From a phage: a DNA stretch of 64,000 bases. The stretch lies in the NCBI GenBank assembly GCA_014816185.1, contig GCA_014816185.1_4095.1; one strand, written 5' to 3'. A program made the translations under genes and the position numbers. Shown here in pieces: positions 55,506 to 64,000 of the stretch. The first letter of the stretch is position 1. The number at the start of each line of letters is the position of its first letter. The notes beneath the pieces are model-generated. The model worked only from the letters and a program-made list of their open reading frames with translations, did not search any database and was not told where the DNA came from.

Positions 55506-55701
55506 GAATATACCTAATGCATATGAAATGAAGTACAGGGAGTTTATTAAAAATGTACACACCGATCCTTTTAATATCAAAATATCAGATTTTGATGTAT
55601 TATTTTATCTAGGGACAATAGCACAGGATCAATGCGTTGATAAGCTCATATGGTCCTTGAAAATGGAGATACAATGCAGACCCAAATATATAAAAAGGTA
55701 G
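55489..55701 (+). CDS. GTNYQE-like small protein embedded in FQxSL array
   Basis: FYLGTIAQDQCV. Confidence 0.45.
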   Translation: MKLTYKNIPNAYEMKYREFIKNVHTDPFNIKISDFDVLFYLGTIAQDQCVDKLIWSLKMEIQCRPKYIKR

Positions 55702-55937
55702 ATTCTTTATTGTACGCTTCAAAGTACAGGGATTTTTGTTTACGAGGGGGAGAGGAAGATTTCTCTCTGAGATTATCTGAATTTAATATGTTATTTTATC
55801 TTGGTACAAAAGATCAAGAAGATACAGTACAGAAATTTATCAAGCACCTTGAACAAAAAATTCATATGCAAATTTTTATGCTTAAGGTACATAATGAGAT
55901 AAACAAATATGAACCCAACAATAGTACAGGATCTTAA
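55674..55937 (+). CDS. GTNYQE-like small protein embedded in FQxSL array
   Basis: start MQTQIYKK; FYLGTKDQEDTV. Confidence 0.45.
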   Translation: MQTQIYKKVDSLLYASKYRDFCLRGGEEDFSLRLSEFNMLFYLGTKDQEDTVQKFIKHLEQKIHMQIFMLKVHNEINKYEPNNSTGS

Positions 55938-56295
55938 ACAAGTAATATTCCTTTTGAATACCAGAAGTGAATTGTATACAGAGTTAAAAGAGATTAATGC
56001 ATTTTATCAGAATTTTGTAATCCAAGAGTTCAGTGATTTAATTACAGATGCATTATTTGAATTCTCGGAGAAATACAAAGGAACAGAGTTCAGTGTTAAG
56101 AATGTTATTCGTCCAAGTACAAGGAAAATTATATTATCACATTTTACATTTGACAATAAAGATTTATTCAGTCATAATCCAAGTACAGCTTTATATTTTA
56201 TTCCTGATTCAGATAAAAATCATCCTATTCATTACGGATGGATTTTGTCATATATAGTACAAGGAAAGGAGTATCCTATTAAATGGAAAGATTAG
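55909..56295 (+). CDS. hypothetical protein
   Basis: 128-aa ORF. Confidence 0.5.
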   Translation: MNPTIVQDLKQVIFLLNTRSELYTELKEINAFYQNFVIQEFSDLITDALFEFSEKYKGTEFSVKNVIRPSTRKIILSHFTFDNKDLFSHNPSTALYFIPDSDKNHPIHYGWILSYIVQGKEYPIKWKD

Positions 56296-56443
56296 GGCGA
56301 TTAGATTATTACACAATTAATACAAATTATTTGTTGCGTAATATAAAATCCGATTACAAAATATGGATAAAGAACAGAGATAGCATGTGTTATGAATTTT
56401 ATTTAGATTATGCTATCAAACGATTTTTAAGAGAAGAACATTA

Positions 56444-56647
56444 ATGCAAAAGATTAATACGATAACATTAAATGCATTACAGGATTCATTATTAGATAGT
56501 ATTAAGATGTATTACAATATACATTTGAAGGGTGGTATTGATGATTACGATTATTATTTGAGTTTAATTACATTTGAGCACCTTTCAGTACAGGACAGGA
56601 TTTTACATCCTACAAATCCTAGGTATCCATCGATAGGTAAATTATGA
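56444..56647 (+). CDS. hypothetical small protein
   Basis: 67-aa ORF. Confidence 0.4.
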   Translation: MQKINTITLNALQDSLLDSIKMYYNIHLKGGIDDYDYYLSLITFEHLSVQDRILHPTNPRYPSIGKL

Positions 56648-57198
56648 ATGAGATAGAGTTATTAGCACACAAGATAAGTACAATAATGCTTATCCTCAAT
56701 AACAACCATCCTATATCGCAGATAGATGGAATCCTGAGTCAGAGGACAGGTGGTAGTTTATATTTGTCCATAAACGCAGATATCGCAAGGAAATACATTG
56801 ATATTGACATTGATGTTGAAATCGAATATGATACAACGGGGATTGTTGGTGTAGGTGCATTAATCAGTTCAAATCCAGTATCAGCATCCCCATTGACCAA
56901 AGATGTTAGTACAGGATTCGAAGGGTATTTGTGGTACAATACCAATGATGATTATTTTATATATCAGCATTCCAATACAAATTATGATGAAGACAAATTT
57001 CAGTTCATAGACCCTTATGATGAAGCTGAAGTATTTCAAAAATCATTAATCACAAAACCGCATGAGATGATGTATCTAATTTTATTCAGTACAATGCATT
57101 TGAATCCATTAATTAAAGGTTTAAAATTTTATATTCAATTAAATTTAGTCCATGTAGTTTATGATTTATTAATGCAAGGATATAGTTATGAAGTATAA
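56644..57198 (+). CDS. FQxSL-family protein
   Basis: DEAEVFQKSLITKP. Confidence 0.5.
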   Translation: MNEIELLAHKISTIMLILNNNHPISQIDGILSQRTGGSLYLSINADIARKYIDIDIDVEIEYDTTGIVGVGALISSNPVSASPLTKDVSTGFEGYLWYNTNDDYFIYQHSNTNYDEDKFQFIDPYDEAEVFQKSLITKPHEMMYLILFSTMHLNPLIKGLKFYIQLNLVHVVYDLLMQGYSYEV

Positions 57199-57499
57199 AA
57201 TGATGTATACCCCAGATATGATTTATGTTGAATTAGAAGATGATGACGATGGGTGGAATTTGATTTATTCAAGAAGTTCAGGTTGGTACATGGCACATTT
57301 AAATGATTCGATAGTTACAGATTATTTTGTAGATTTCAATACATTATCCGATGAAGAATTGTTCCAACAGCAATTAGTGATTGACACGGGTGGTTATGAT
57401 GTCTTATTATTAAAAAAGATACAGAAAGCTGTTATTGATTTTAAGCCCATGATATGGCAAAGGAAATATTATGACCTCGAAGTACCGTACCAGCAATGA
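57188..57499 (+). CDS. FQxSL-family protein
   Basis: SDEELFQQQLVIDTG. Confidence 0.5.
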   Translation: MKYKMMYTPDMIYVELEDDDDGWNLIYSRSSGWYMAHLNDSIVTDYFVDFNTLSDEELFQQQLVIDTGGYDVLLLKKIQKAVIDFKPMIWQRKYYDLEVPYQQ

Positions 57500-58037
57500 T
57501 ATTCAGTACACCTACGCTAATGCAATCCTTATGGGACAAAAGTTAGCTTGTATTGTTGCAGCCTTATATAATGCACAGAAATATCACAAGCGTCATTTCC
57601 ACAAATGTATTGGTATTATTCCATCGAAGTACAATACATATATTGCGTGCACGAGTCATTTTGATAAACGATTCAATACACCAGATACACCAAATGCCCG
57701 TAGTGTTATTGGTCTTTTGGATTTCGCACCTGGTGCTGTTATTGGAAAGAATGATTTAGAGTACGCATGGTATAATAAAAATGCCCCGTTAGTAATGGTA
57801 ACATATGATAACGAAACGAACAACGCAATAGAGTACAATACATATAAATCAGAGGAAGAATTTTTCCAAGGTTCATTGCTTGTACCAGTGCGTTTATTGT
57901 TTTATAATGTCCTTATTAGTACAGTACACAATAGTCCATTACACAAGAATCACAAAATTAATTTCAATTTTTGTGCTTATGCGATTGATGGTGTGTATGA
58001 GTGTTTAATGGAGGTATTGAGTTATGAAGCTGAATAA
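57471..58037 (+). CDS. FQxSL-family protein
   Basis: SEEEFFQGSLLVP. Confidence 0.5.
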   Translation: MTSKYRTSNDIQYTYANAILMGQKLACIVAALYNAQKYHKRHFHKCIGIIPSKYNTYIACTSHFDKRFNTPDTPNARSVIGLLDFAPGAVIGKNDLEYAWYNKNAPLVMVTYDNETNNAIEYNTYKSEEEFFQGSLLVPVRLLFYNVLISTVHNSPLHKNHKINFNFCAYAIDGVYECLMEVLSYEAE

Positions 58038-58365
58038 TACATTTGATATTAATAAGTTAAGAGAATGGTTTTATAGTATTGAAATTGAAGCCATCCCGTA
58101 TCATAGATATGAACAATATAATTTAACCAGTATTGATATCAGTGAGTTGTACGCGTATTATCAAAGTGCATTAGAGATGCATAAGTTATTTTTGAGTACA
58201 GATTTTGTTCTAAATTACAATTTTGAGGAATTTAATAATTATAATTTAGTACAGAAATATGTAGTAGCAAAGTACATGTACCTTCAAGGAATTACAAGTA
58301 TAGTGGAATTCAATACAGTCCTTGCTTTAGTTGAGGTAATTTTATGCAGTACATGTATGATTTAG
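58024..58365 (+). CDS. hypothetical protein
   Basis: 113-aa ORF. Confidence 0.45.
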   Translation: MKLNNTFDINKLREWFYSIEIEAIPYHRYEQYNLTSIDISELYAYYQSALEMHKLFLSTDFVLNYNFEEFNNYNLVQKYVVAKYMYLQGITSIVEFNTVLALVEVILCSTCMI

Positions 58366-58850
58366 AGTTCAGCTTAGATGCTGCATTTAAATATGTTCAC
58401 AAGATAGAAACAATATACAGTACATTATGTGCAATAAAATCAGTAACAGAAGAGCTTGATGTTGGTGAAAAATATCAGGTATGGAATAATACATTTTTAA
58501 ATAAAGAACGTTGCTCTACGGGGTTTAATATTTTAACATTTAATCCCAGCAATTGTTACCCAGAGAAGCATGAACGTTATCCGAATGACGACATGTGGTT
58601 TGAGTACAAAGAAGATTGTGATATGTCGTTCATTGAAGTTCCTGATGATTTTAATGCACAAGATTTAACAGACGAGTGGTGGTTCCAGCAGAATTTAGTC
58701 CACGATGATATTGATTTATTTTTTTATGTAGTATTTAAAATGCTTTATCACAACAATATAGTACAAGATAGTGTATTTTTTTCATGTCTATATATTGATG
58801 ATTTGTACAATGAAATTCAAATCAACATGCCCAGAACGCCTGTATCGTAA
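58344..58850 (+). CDS. FQxSL-family protein
   Basis: TDEWWFQQNLVHDDID. Confidence 0.5.
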   Translation: MQYMYDLEFSLDAAFKYVHKIETIYSTLCAIKSVTEELDVGEKYQVWNNTFLNKERCSTGFNILTFNPSNCYPEKHERYPNDDMWFEYKEDCDMSFIEVPDDFNAQDLTDEWWFQQNLVHDDIDLFFYVVFKMLYHNNIVQDSVFFSCLYIDDLYNEIQINMPRTPVS

Positions 58851-58902
58851 GATATGGGCTTTTTTCGTTTTGGTATTGACATAGAAGACCAAAGCTGTTA
58901 TC

Positions 58903-59445
58903 ATGTGTATTCATTTTAAAGGAGAACATATAGTGAGTTTCATAATCCCAAGTACATACGAAGATGCATCAAGTGCAGTTCATAAGATTCATTATATTTT
59001 TAATTTAATTATTAAATCTGCAAAAATTAAAATGTATGCACCTCTTGTGACAAATAATCGAAATGAAGAAATTTTTATTAGCACAGACAAAATTATTTTT
59101 CCATATTTCAATGAAGATAGATTGTGGTTCATACATTTAGCTGCATTACAAAAATATAAGATGTCAATTCGTAATAATTTGGTTATACCGTTATATCATC
59201 CCGATATTGGAGAGGATGAATATTTTCAGTACAGCACAGTACACCGCCATGAAGATATCTTTGCTGCTATGCTTATTGCTAAATTGAACACCGTTGATTT
59301 GGAGCAGTACAAATACAATAATAAATCATGTAAGATCATAATCCCTGCATTCATAGCTCTTTATGATTATGTGGTGCATAACAAAAAAGATGATACATAT
59401 GCTTTCAATGAAGAGTATTTGAATTTTTTTAAGGAGAACATATGA
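58903..59445 (+). CDS. FQxSL-family protein
   Basis: GEDEYFQYSTVHRHED; possible GTG start at 58933 after AAGGAG. Confidence 0.5.
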   Translation: MCIHFKGEHIVSFIIPSTYEDASSAVHKIHYIFNLIIKSAKIKMYAPLVTNNRNEEIFISTDKIIFPYFNEDRLWFIHLAALQKYKMSIRNNLVIPLYHPDIGEDEYFQYSTVHRHEDIFAAMLIAKLNTVDLEQYKYNNKSCKIIIPAFIALYDYVVHNKKDDTYAFNEEYLNFFKENI

Positions 59446-59969
59446 GCAGTGAAGTGCAGAAATCAATGACATTCAATGAAATTGGTGCATTTAAAGATAA
59501 GATTATTGATTGCATTGAATACATGATTTGTAGTAATATCGAAAGTATTGAGATATTTAACAAGACAAATCGCTCTTACCATATGATGTACATTGCAAAC
59601 AATAATGGTATCATTCCATTTATTTCGGATAGTACAATATGGTACGCATGTGATACGAAAAAATACACAGCAGGTTCGTATAGCTTAGGGTCACATACGG
59701 AATTGATTATTCCTGAGCATTGTATGCAAGAAGAAGAATATTTTCAAATGCAATGTATACATTCACCATTAGTGTTGTTTAGTTTATATATTATACCTTA
59801 TATCACCAAATGTGTTCATGAGAATAAAGCTCCGTGGAATCATGAATTTGTATCGTTGAAGTTATTGTATAATGTATTAGTAGAATATTATGATTACAGG
59901 CACAATGGTACAATCAGTGATGTATGGGATTTTGAATCGCTAAGGGTGAAAACATACACAGGTGAATGA
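59442..59969 (+). CDS. FQxSL-family protein
   Basis: QEEEYFQMQCIHSP. Confidence 0.5.
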   Translation: MSSEVQKSMTFNEIGAFKDKIIDCIEYMICSNIESIEIFNKTNRSYHMMYIANNNGIIPFISDSTIWYACDTKKYTAGSYSLGSHTELIIPEHCMQEEEYFQMQCIHSPLVLFSLYIIPYITKCVHENKAPWNHEFVSLKLLYNVLVEYYDYRHNGTISDVWDFESLRVKTYTGE

Positions 59970-59970
59970 T

Positions 59971-60585
59971 ATGACCAGAATTAAAATGTATGATTTGATG
60001 CAGTACAGTAAAATTGCCATTCCGGTGCTTAATAAAGTGCTGGATGCATTCATTGCCAAATACCCTGAGAATTCAGTGTTATGTATTCCATTTAGTGTTC
60101 CAGATAAAGATGATATATTCCAAGTGAATGTCAGTACACGTGGTATTACATTACAGCAGAAATACATGGATACGGAATATTATGGAATAAAGTTGGATTC
60201 AGTACAGGGTTCAAAATCAGCCTATGATTTTTTTGTTCCTAATAATATAGAGTCATGGGAAACAAACATTTCAAAGAAAGATGAAAATGATGTTCCTATT
60301 AGTGGTGTGTTCAACAATAAAGTTTTTTATTATTACGAAACCGACAAATTCCCTGAAGAGTTATATTACAATTCAGAAATGAATGAAGATGTAGATGCAT
60401 TCATGTTTCAATTATCGTTAGTACATGATATCATTGATGTTCAAGAGTTAAGAGCAGAAATCAATTTAGCTAAAGAGTTATCGGACATGCTGCCACCGTT
60501 TAGTATGCTTTTTTGTGAAGGTGGTTATTTTTCAAAAGAAGTGTTTGAACATTTCGTAGATGTTGTAAAAGGGTTGGATATATAG
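59971..60585 (+). CDS. FQxSL-family protein
   Basis: start ATG 59971 (MTRIK); VDAFMFQLSLVHDI. Confidence 0.5.
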   Translation: MTRIKMYDLMQYSKIAIPVLNKVLDAFIAKYPENSVLCIPFSVPDKDDIFQVNVSTRGITLQQKYMDTEYYGIKLDSVQGSKSAYDFFVPNNIESWETNISKKDENDVPISGVFNNKVFYYYETDKFPEELYYNSEMNEDVDAFMFQLSLVHDIIDVQELRAEINLAKELSDMLPPFSMLFCEGGYFSKEVFEHFVDVVKGLDI

Positions 60586-60586
60586 T

Positions 60587-60781
60587 ATGCTTACAGTTGA
60601 TGTTAAACAAAAATACCGTAAGTTTGATTGGTTCACCGACAGTTTCCAGCTTGAATTATTACATTTGAATATCTGTGAAACATTATGTGCAGAAACACAA
60701 GATGAATTTGATGATAGAGTGATGAACATAGTAATGCTTTCTTGTTTTAAACATTTTGGTTATTTTTTCGGACAGAATTGA
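60587..60781 (+). CDS. hypothetical small protein
   Basis: 64-aa ORF. Confidence 0.4.
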   Translation: MLTVDVKQKYRKFDWFTDSFQLELLHLNICETLCAETQDEFDDRVMNIVMLSCFKHFGYFFGQN

Positions 60782-60789
60782 GGTAAAAA

Positions 60790-61305
60790 ATGCATCAACA
60801 CAAGCATCATTCATATGATTTTGCAATTAACATTATGAAGTTCATTCGAGCGTTGGAGGATGGTAAGCTTAGTCATAAGTACAAGAAAGAGGGTAACAAT
60901 TGGTTCAGAAATGATTCCGAGTTCAGTTGTCATAAAATCGTGTATAGTAATCAGTACAGTGCCAATTACCTACAAGATGTAGTGATGTGTTTTGAATATG
61001 TGTTGCAGTTCAGGGGTTCAATCCAAGATGAGTTGATGGAGAACATGTACATCCGATACCTTCCAATGCTCAAAGATGAAAATGTATTATTAAATTCAAT
61101 ATACCAACGAGTTCGTGAAATTGAGTGCAGGGATATATTAGATACAGAAGAATCGTATTTCCAGCAATCCCTGATTTATGCACCTGATTTATTACAGGTA
61201 CATAATTTGTTTAATACATTACGTCAAAACATCGGTACAGACATATTTTTGTCATTATCGGATTATGATACATTTGTCAAAGATTTAGAGGAAATAGGCT
61301 TATGA
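60790..61305 (+). CDS. FQxSL-family protein
   Basis: TEESYFQQSLIYAPD. Confidence 0.5.
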   Translation: MHQHKHHSYDFAINIMKFIRALEDGKLSHKYKKEGNNWFRNDSEFSCHKIVYSNQYSANYLQDVVMCFEYVLQFRGSIQDELMENMYIRYLPMLKDENVLLNSIYQRVREIECRDILDTEESYFQQSLIYAPDLLQVHNLFNTLRQNIGTDIFLSLSDYDTFVKDLEEIGL

Positions 61306-61646
61306 GTCGATTTTCGGTTTATATAGTAAACGTCAGTAAAGATGGTAGTTTAATTGAATTTGATGTAGTTGATAACAATGATAATTCATATGGTATTAAG
61401 GTACAGGACAATGATGTGCAGTTCAGTACAAGGACAAATTTTGAGAATCCAGTCCAAGTTCCGAATTTCATAGAAGATGAAGCTGCACGATTCCAATACG
61501 AAACGGCATATGACAATGTACATATGCATATTATTATGCAAACGAATTTAGTTCAATTAGTTCCTTTGTTCAGACAAAATATATATGTACATGAAGTCTC
61601 GATTAATGGCATTCAAAGTTCCGTTTTGTTTGGTACAAATATGTAA
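61302..61646 (+). CDS. FQxSL-family-like protein
   Basis: DEAARFQYETAYDN. Confidence 0.45.
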   Translation: MSRFSVYIVNVSKDGSLIEFDVVDNNDNSYGIKVQDNDVQFSTRTNFENPVQVPNFIEDEAARFQYETAYDNVHMHIIMQTNLVQLVPLFRQNIYVHEVSINGIQSSVLFGTNM

Positions 61647-61656
61647 GGAAAGTACA

Positions 61657-62208
61657 ATGAGTTCAATGAGTTTATTAGATACATTAGAAAAAGACAGAAG
61701 TGCCATTAAGCGTTTAAAAGAGCAAGTACAAAAGATTGTATACAACGTTGATAAGTTTGAAGTCCCAGGAAGATTTGGTGATATTTCCCATACGGAGATC
61801 AAATCCCTTAAGTCAGATTTGTTGATTAAAAATAAAAATGGGTTGATTTTAGTTTTGAGTTCAGATATGATGGGGGCAACACATAGTTATAATGCCGTAT
61901 CGGTGCGTTCCGAGTGTGAAGGTATATATCTATCACAGGGTTTCAATAGCGAGACACAGGTTTGTTTTTGTGATGCAGTACATGACCCTATGAAGTTCAC
62001 GAGAAGTGAAGCCCAAGCGTTATTAGAGCTATCAGACGAGAGTTTGTTTCAGTACAGTACAATGTATGACAATGATAAGCTTCGTTGTATGTACGCTGTA
62101 AAGCATTATACACAGGAGTTCTCTGGATTTGCATACCTTTTAGTTAGAACCAATACCAGATATATTGATATGTTAGAAGATTACATCGATAAAGTTGTTA
62201 ATGTATGA
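61657..62208 (+). CDS. FQxSL-family protein
   Basis: start MSSMSLLD after AGGA; SDESLFQYSTMYDND. Confidence 0.5.
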   Translation: MSSMSLLDTLEKDRSAIKRLKEQVQKIVYNVDKFEVPGRFGDISHTEIKSLKSDLLIKNKNGLILVLSSDMMGATHSYNAVSVRSECEGIYLSQGFNSETQVCFCDAVHDPMKFTRSEAQALLELSDESLFQYSTMYDNDKLRCMYAVKHYTQEFSGFAYLLVRTNTRYIDMLEDYIDKVVNV

Positions 62209-62230
62209 TGTATTATTATGTGATGGGATA

Positions 62231-62398
62231 ATGCTGATGAAAGAGTTATTTGAAGATCAGTTCAATACATATGTGGATAATATTCTTTATTCCAGCCGTG
62301 CTAGTCAACGAGGAAATCGTGCTTACAATATAGATTACCTATTAGTGGTGCTGAGTTCACAGTACACCTACGCTGTACAGAGGACATATTATGAATAA
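62231..62398 (+). CDS. hypothetical small protein
   Basis: start uncertain (track 62195). Confidence 0.3.
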   Translation: MLMKELFEDQFNTYVDNILYSSRASQRGNRAYNIDYLLVVLSSQYTYAVQRTYYE

Positions 62399-62594
62399 TT
62401 TTAGAGATGTTGCTAAGGAGAAGTTCAAGTGCAGTTTAGATTTTGGGTTAAATGATTTTCTTACATGCACAATGTACAGGAATGATGATTATGAGCAATC
62501 CGTAATTTCGTTGCACAGATATTTCGAAATAATTTACGCAAGATATCTTAGAAGGTTAGAGGGAATAGGGGATTGGAATTATGATTACGTTTGA
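62391..62594 (+). CDS. hypothetical small protein
   Basis: 67-aa ORF. Confidence 0.4.
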   Translation: MNNFRDVAKEKFKCSLDFGLNDFLTCTMYRNDDYEQSVISLHRYFEIIYARYLRRLEGIGDWNYDYV

Positions 62595-62817
62595 AGAACC
62601 AGAAACAATGAGTCCATATACGATGAAAGGTTTTGAATTCATGATGGATTCGATTTTGAAGAATTCGTGTTTAGTACACAATCCTGAGCGTGCAACAGTG
62701 AGGGAATATCAGGACAATGCATTACAGCGTGTAATGAATATGTACAGGAATACGAGTCGCAAGCTTTGTGCGTTGAAAAGGATTGAAGAAATCAAGGTTT
62801 CTAGGCTGAATAAATAG
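62581..62817 (+). CDS. hypothetical small protein
   Basis: 78-aa ORF. Confidence 0.4.
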   Translation: MITFEEPETMSPYTMKGFEFMMDSILKNSCLVHNPERATVREYQDNALQRVMNMYRNTSRKLCALKRIEEIKVSRLNK

Positions 62818-63015
62818 AGACGTTTCATTTTGACAGGCCGCAGGGGGGGGTCAAAAAAATTTCCGCTGAAAAACATGCTAAGGTATATGTTTAATATAAA
62901 GTTTTATATTGTGTTTTTCAGAGTACAGTTCATGTTTCCTTAAACAAAAAATACCCCGCCGCCGAACGTGCTCCTTATATTGGAGTTTACCTTATTAATT
63001 ATAGTAGAGATTAAG

Positions 63016-63393
63016 ATGGAAATAAAATATAATGAATTTTGTGCAAGGACATGGATGTACACTGGTGAGTTAGTTACGCACTCTAACTTATACAAGGGTG
63101 ATTTAAACTACGCTAGGGACAAGATTTTAAAGTACTGGAATGCTGACTTTTATTTGATGGATTTTAGTACTGGGTTTAGGGGTAAAGCAACCGAGATGTT
63201 GGACTATACAGTACTTGATGATGCTGCACTGTTTCAGGCGGCATTAGTATTTGATAAGAAGTACATCTGTACATTAGAAGAGATGATTGAATTACAGCGT
63301 AGAATTAAATGTATTCACAGGGAATGTATAGATATCTGGTGCAGTACTGGTGAAGATGATTTTTGTAATCATTTCAATCTAGGGGAAGTGTGA
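63016..63393 (+). CDS. FQxSL-family protein
   Basis: start MEIKYNEF; DDAALFQAALVFDKK. Confidence 0.5.
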   Translation: MEIKYNEFCARTWMYTGELVTHSNLYKGDLNYARDKILKYWNADFYLMDFSTGFRGKATEMLDYTVLDDAALFQAALVFDKKYICTLEEMIELQRRIKCIHRECIDIWCSTGEDDFCNHFNLGEV

Positions 63394-63554
63394 TGGAATT
63401 TGATTTTTTAATATCAGTACATTCTTTTAAGCACAGTTATCAGTACTTTTGTAATTTAAACAAAGGTGATTTGATTATGGATACAGATACAGAGGCTGTA
63501 TACAGTTCTAATATTCTGTACAAATTCAGTACTAATCTGAAGGAGATTTTATGA
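63393..63554 (+). CDS. small protein (53 aa), copy 1
   Basis: MEFDFLISVHSFKHSYQYFCNLNKGD; near-identical 5' part at 63922. Confidence 0.35.
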   Translation: MEFDFLISVHSFKHSYQYFCNLNKGDLIMDTDTEAVYSSNILYKFSTNLKEIL

Positions 63555-63922
63555 AAAAAGAAATTAGAATTCAATTCGGTATGAGGAAAAAAGAGGTCAT
63601 CTGTACACTGAATCATGCGGTCGTGGAAAGCCTTGGTGGTGCATTACAAAAATTCTCCCATTTTGTTCTTGTACTATATGAAAATGGGTCTTTTAAAATC
63701 TTCACATATGATGATTCAAAAAATTACCGTAATGATTTTGTAAATCTGACAGTACTGTCAGAAGAGGAATTCTTTCAGGAAAGTACTGTCTGGAATTTAC
63801 CAGGAGCACCAATTGAATACGTCCGTGCTACACAGGCAGAAATGATCAAAGTAATGCAGAACTATCCAGAAGATTATATGACTAAGTTTCCTGAATCTAT
63901 TTATGTAGAGGTTGAGTACTGA
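63551..63922 (+). CDS. FQxSL-family protein
   Basis: SEEEFFQESTVWNLPGAP. Confidence 0.5.
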   Translation: MKKEIRIQFGMRKKEVICTLNHAVVESLGGALQKFSHFVLVLYENGSFKIFTYDDSKNYRNDFVNLTVLSEEEFFQESTVWNLPGAPIEYVRATQAEMIKVMQNYPEDYMTKFPESIYVEVEY

Positions 63923-64000
63923 TGGAATTTGATTTTTTAATATCAGTACATACTTTCAAGCACAGTTATCAGTACTTTTGTAATTTAAACAAAGGTGATT
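63922..64000 (+). CDS. small protein, copy 2 (truncated by window end)
   Basis: MEFDFLISVHTFKHSYQYFCNLNKGD; partial. Confidence 0.3.
   Translation, partial: MEFDFLISVHTFKHSYQYFCNLNKGD

Noticed and set aside
54187-64000. Interpreting the FQxS motif as a genuine 3C/TEV protease cleavage site
   Set aside because: The resemblance is based on 2-3 residues only and no 3C-like protease is visible in the window; kept only as a remark in the family finding.

Overview
This window reads as a hyperplastic accessory region of a T4-type (Tevenvirinae-like) myovirus. It opens with a clear T4 endonuclease V homolog (denV), but almost everything else is made of tandem paralog families I cannot assign to known functions. 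In order: (1) 1-7 kb, plus strand: denV, a DUF559-like nuclease, a P-loop NTPase and eight small membrane proteins; (2) 7-20.5 kb, minus strand: eleven paralogous G/S/T/N-rich genes with RCC1-like blade motifs, all starting with the same peptide MLPF.RM.KYGNIAP and each preceded by the same hairpin + TATAAT + AGGAGG cassette, plus one deletion remnant; (3) 20.6-25.4 kb: about 22 tandem, often overlapping, genes for ~60-aa proteins; (4) 25.4-27.4 kb: a 2-kb ORF-free, repeat-rich region; (5) 27.4-47.8 kb: about 57 small genes, most behind their own consensus sigma70-like promoter followed by a GGGAA/TTCCC stem-loop (PeSL-like cassettes), including a minimal eukaryotic-like protein kinase, a TraR/DksA-type zinc finger and a possible GNAT; (6) 48-54.2 kb: about 28 translationally coupled genes for ~70-aa proteins sharing a GTNYQE motif; (7) 54.2-64 kb: about 20 paralogs sharing an EEx[FY]FQxSLVxD motif. 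The most striking candidate system is the eleven-gene MLPF family, which looks like a library of alternative virion-anchored or receptor-binding proteins. All calls rest on reading the sequence and the ORF track; no searches were run, and coordinates of small motifs may be off by 1-2 nt.
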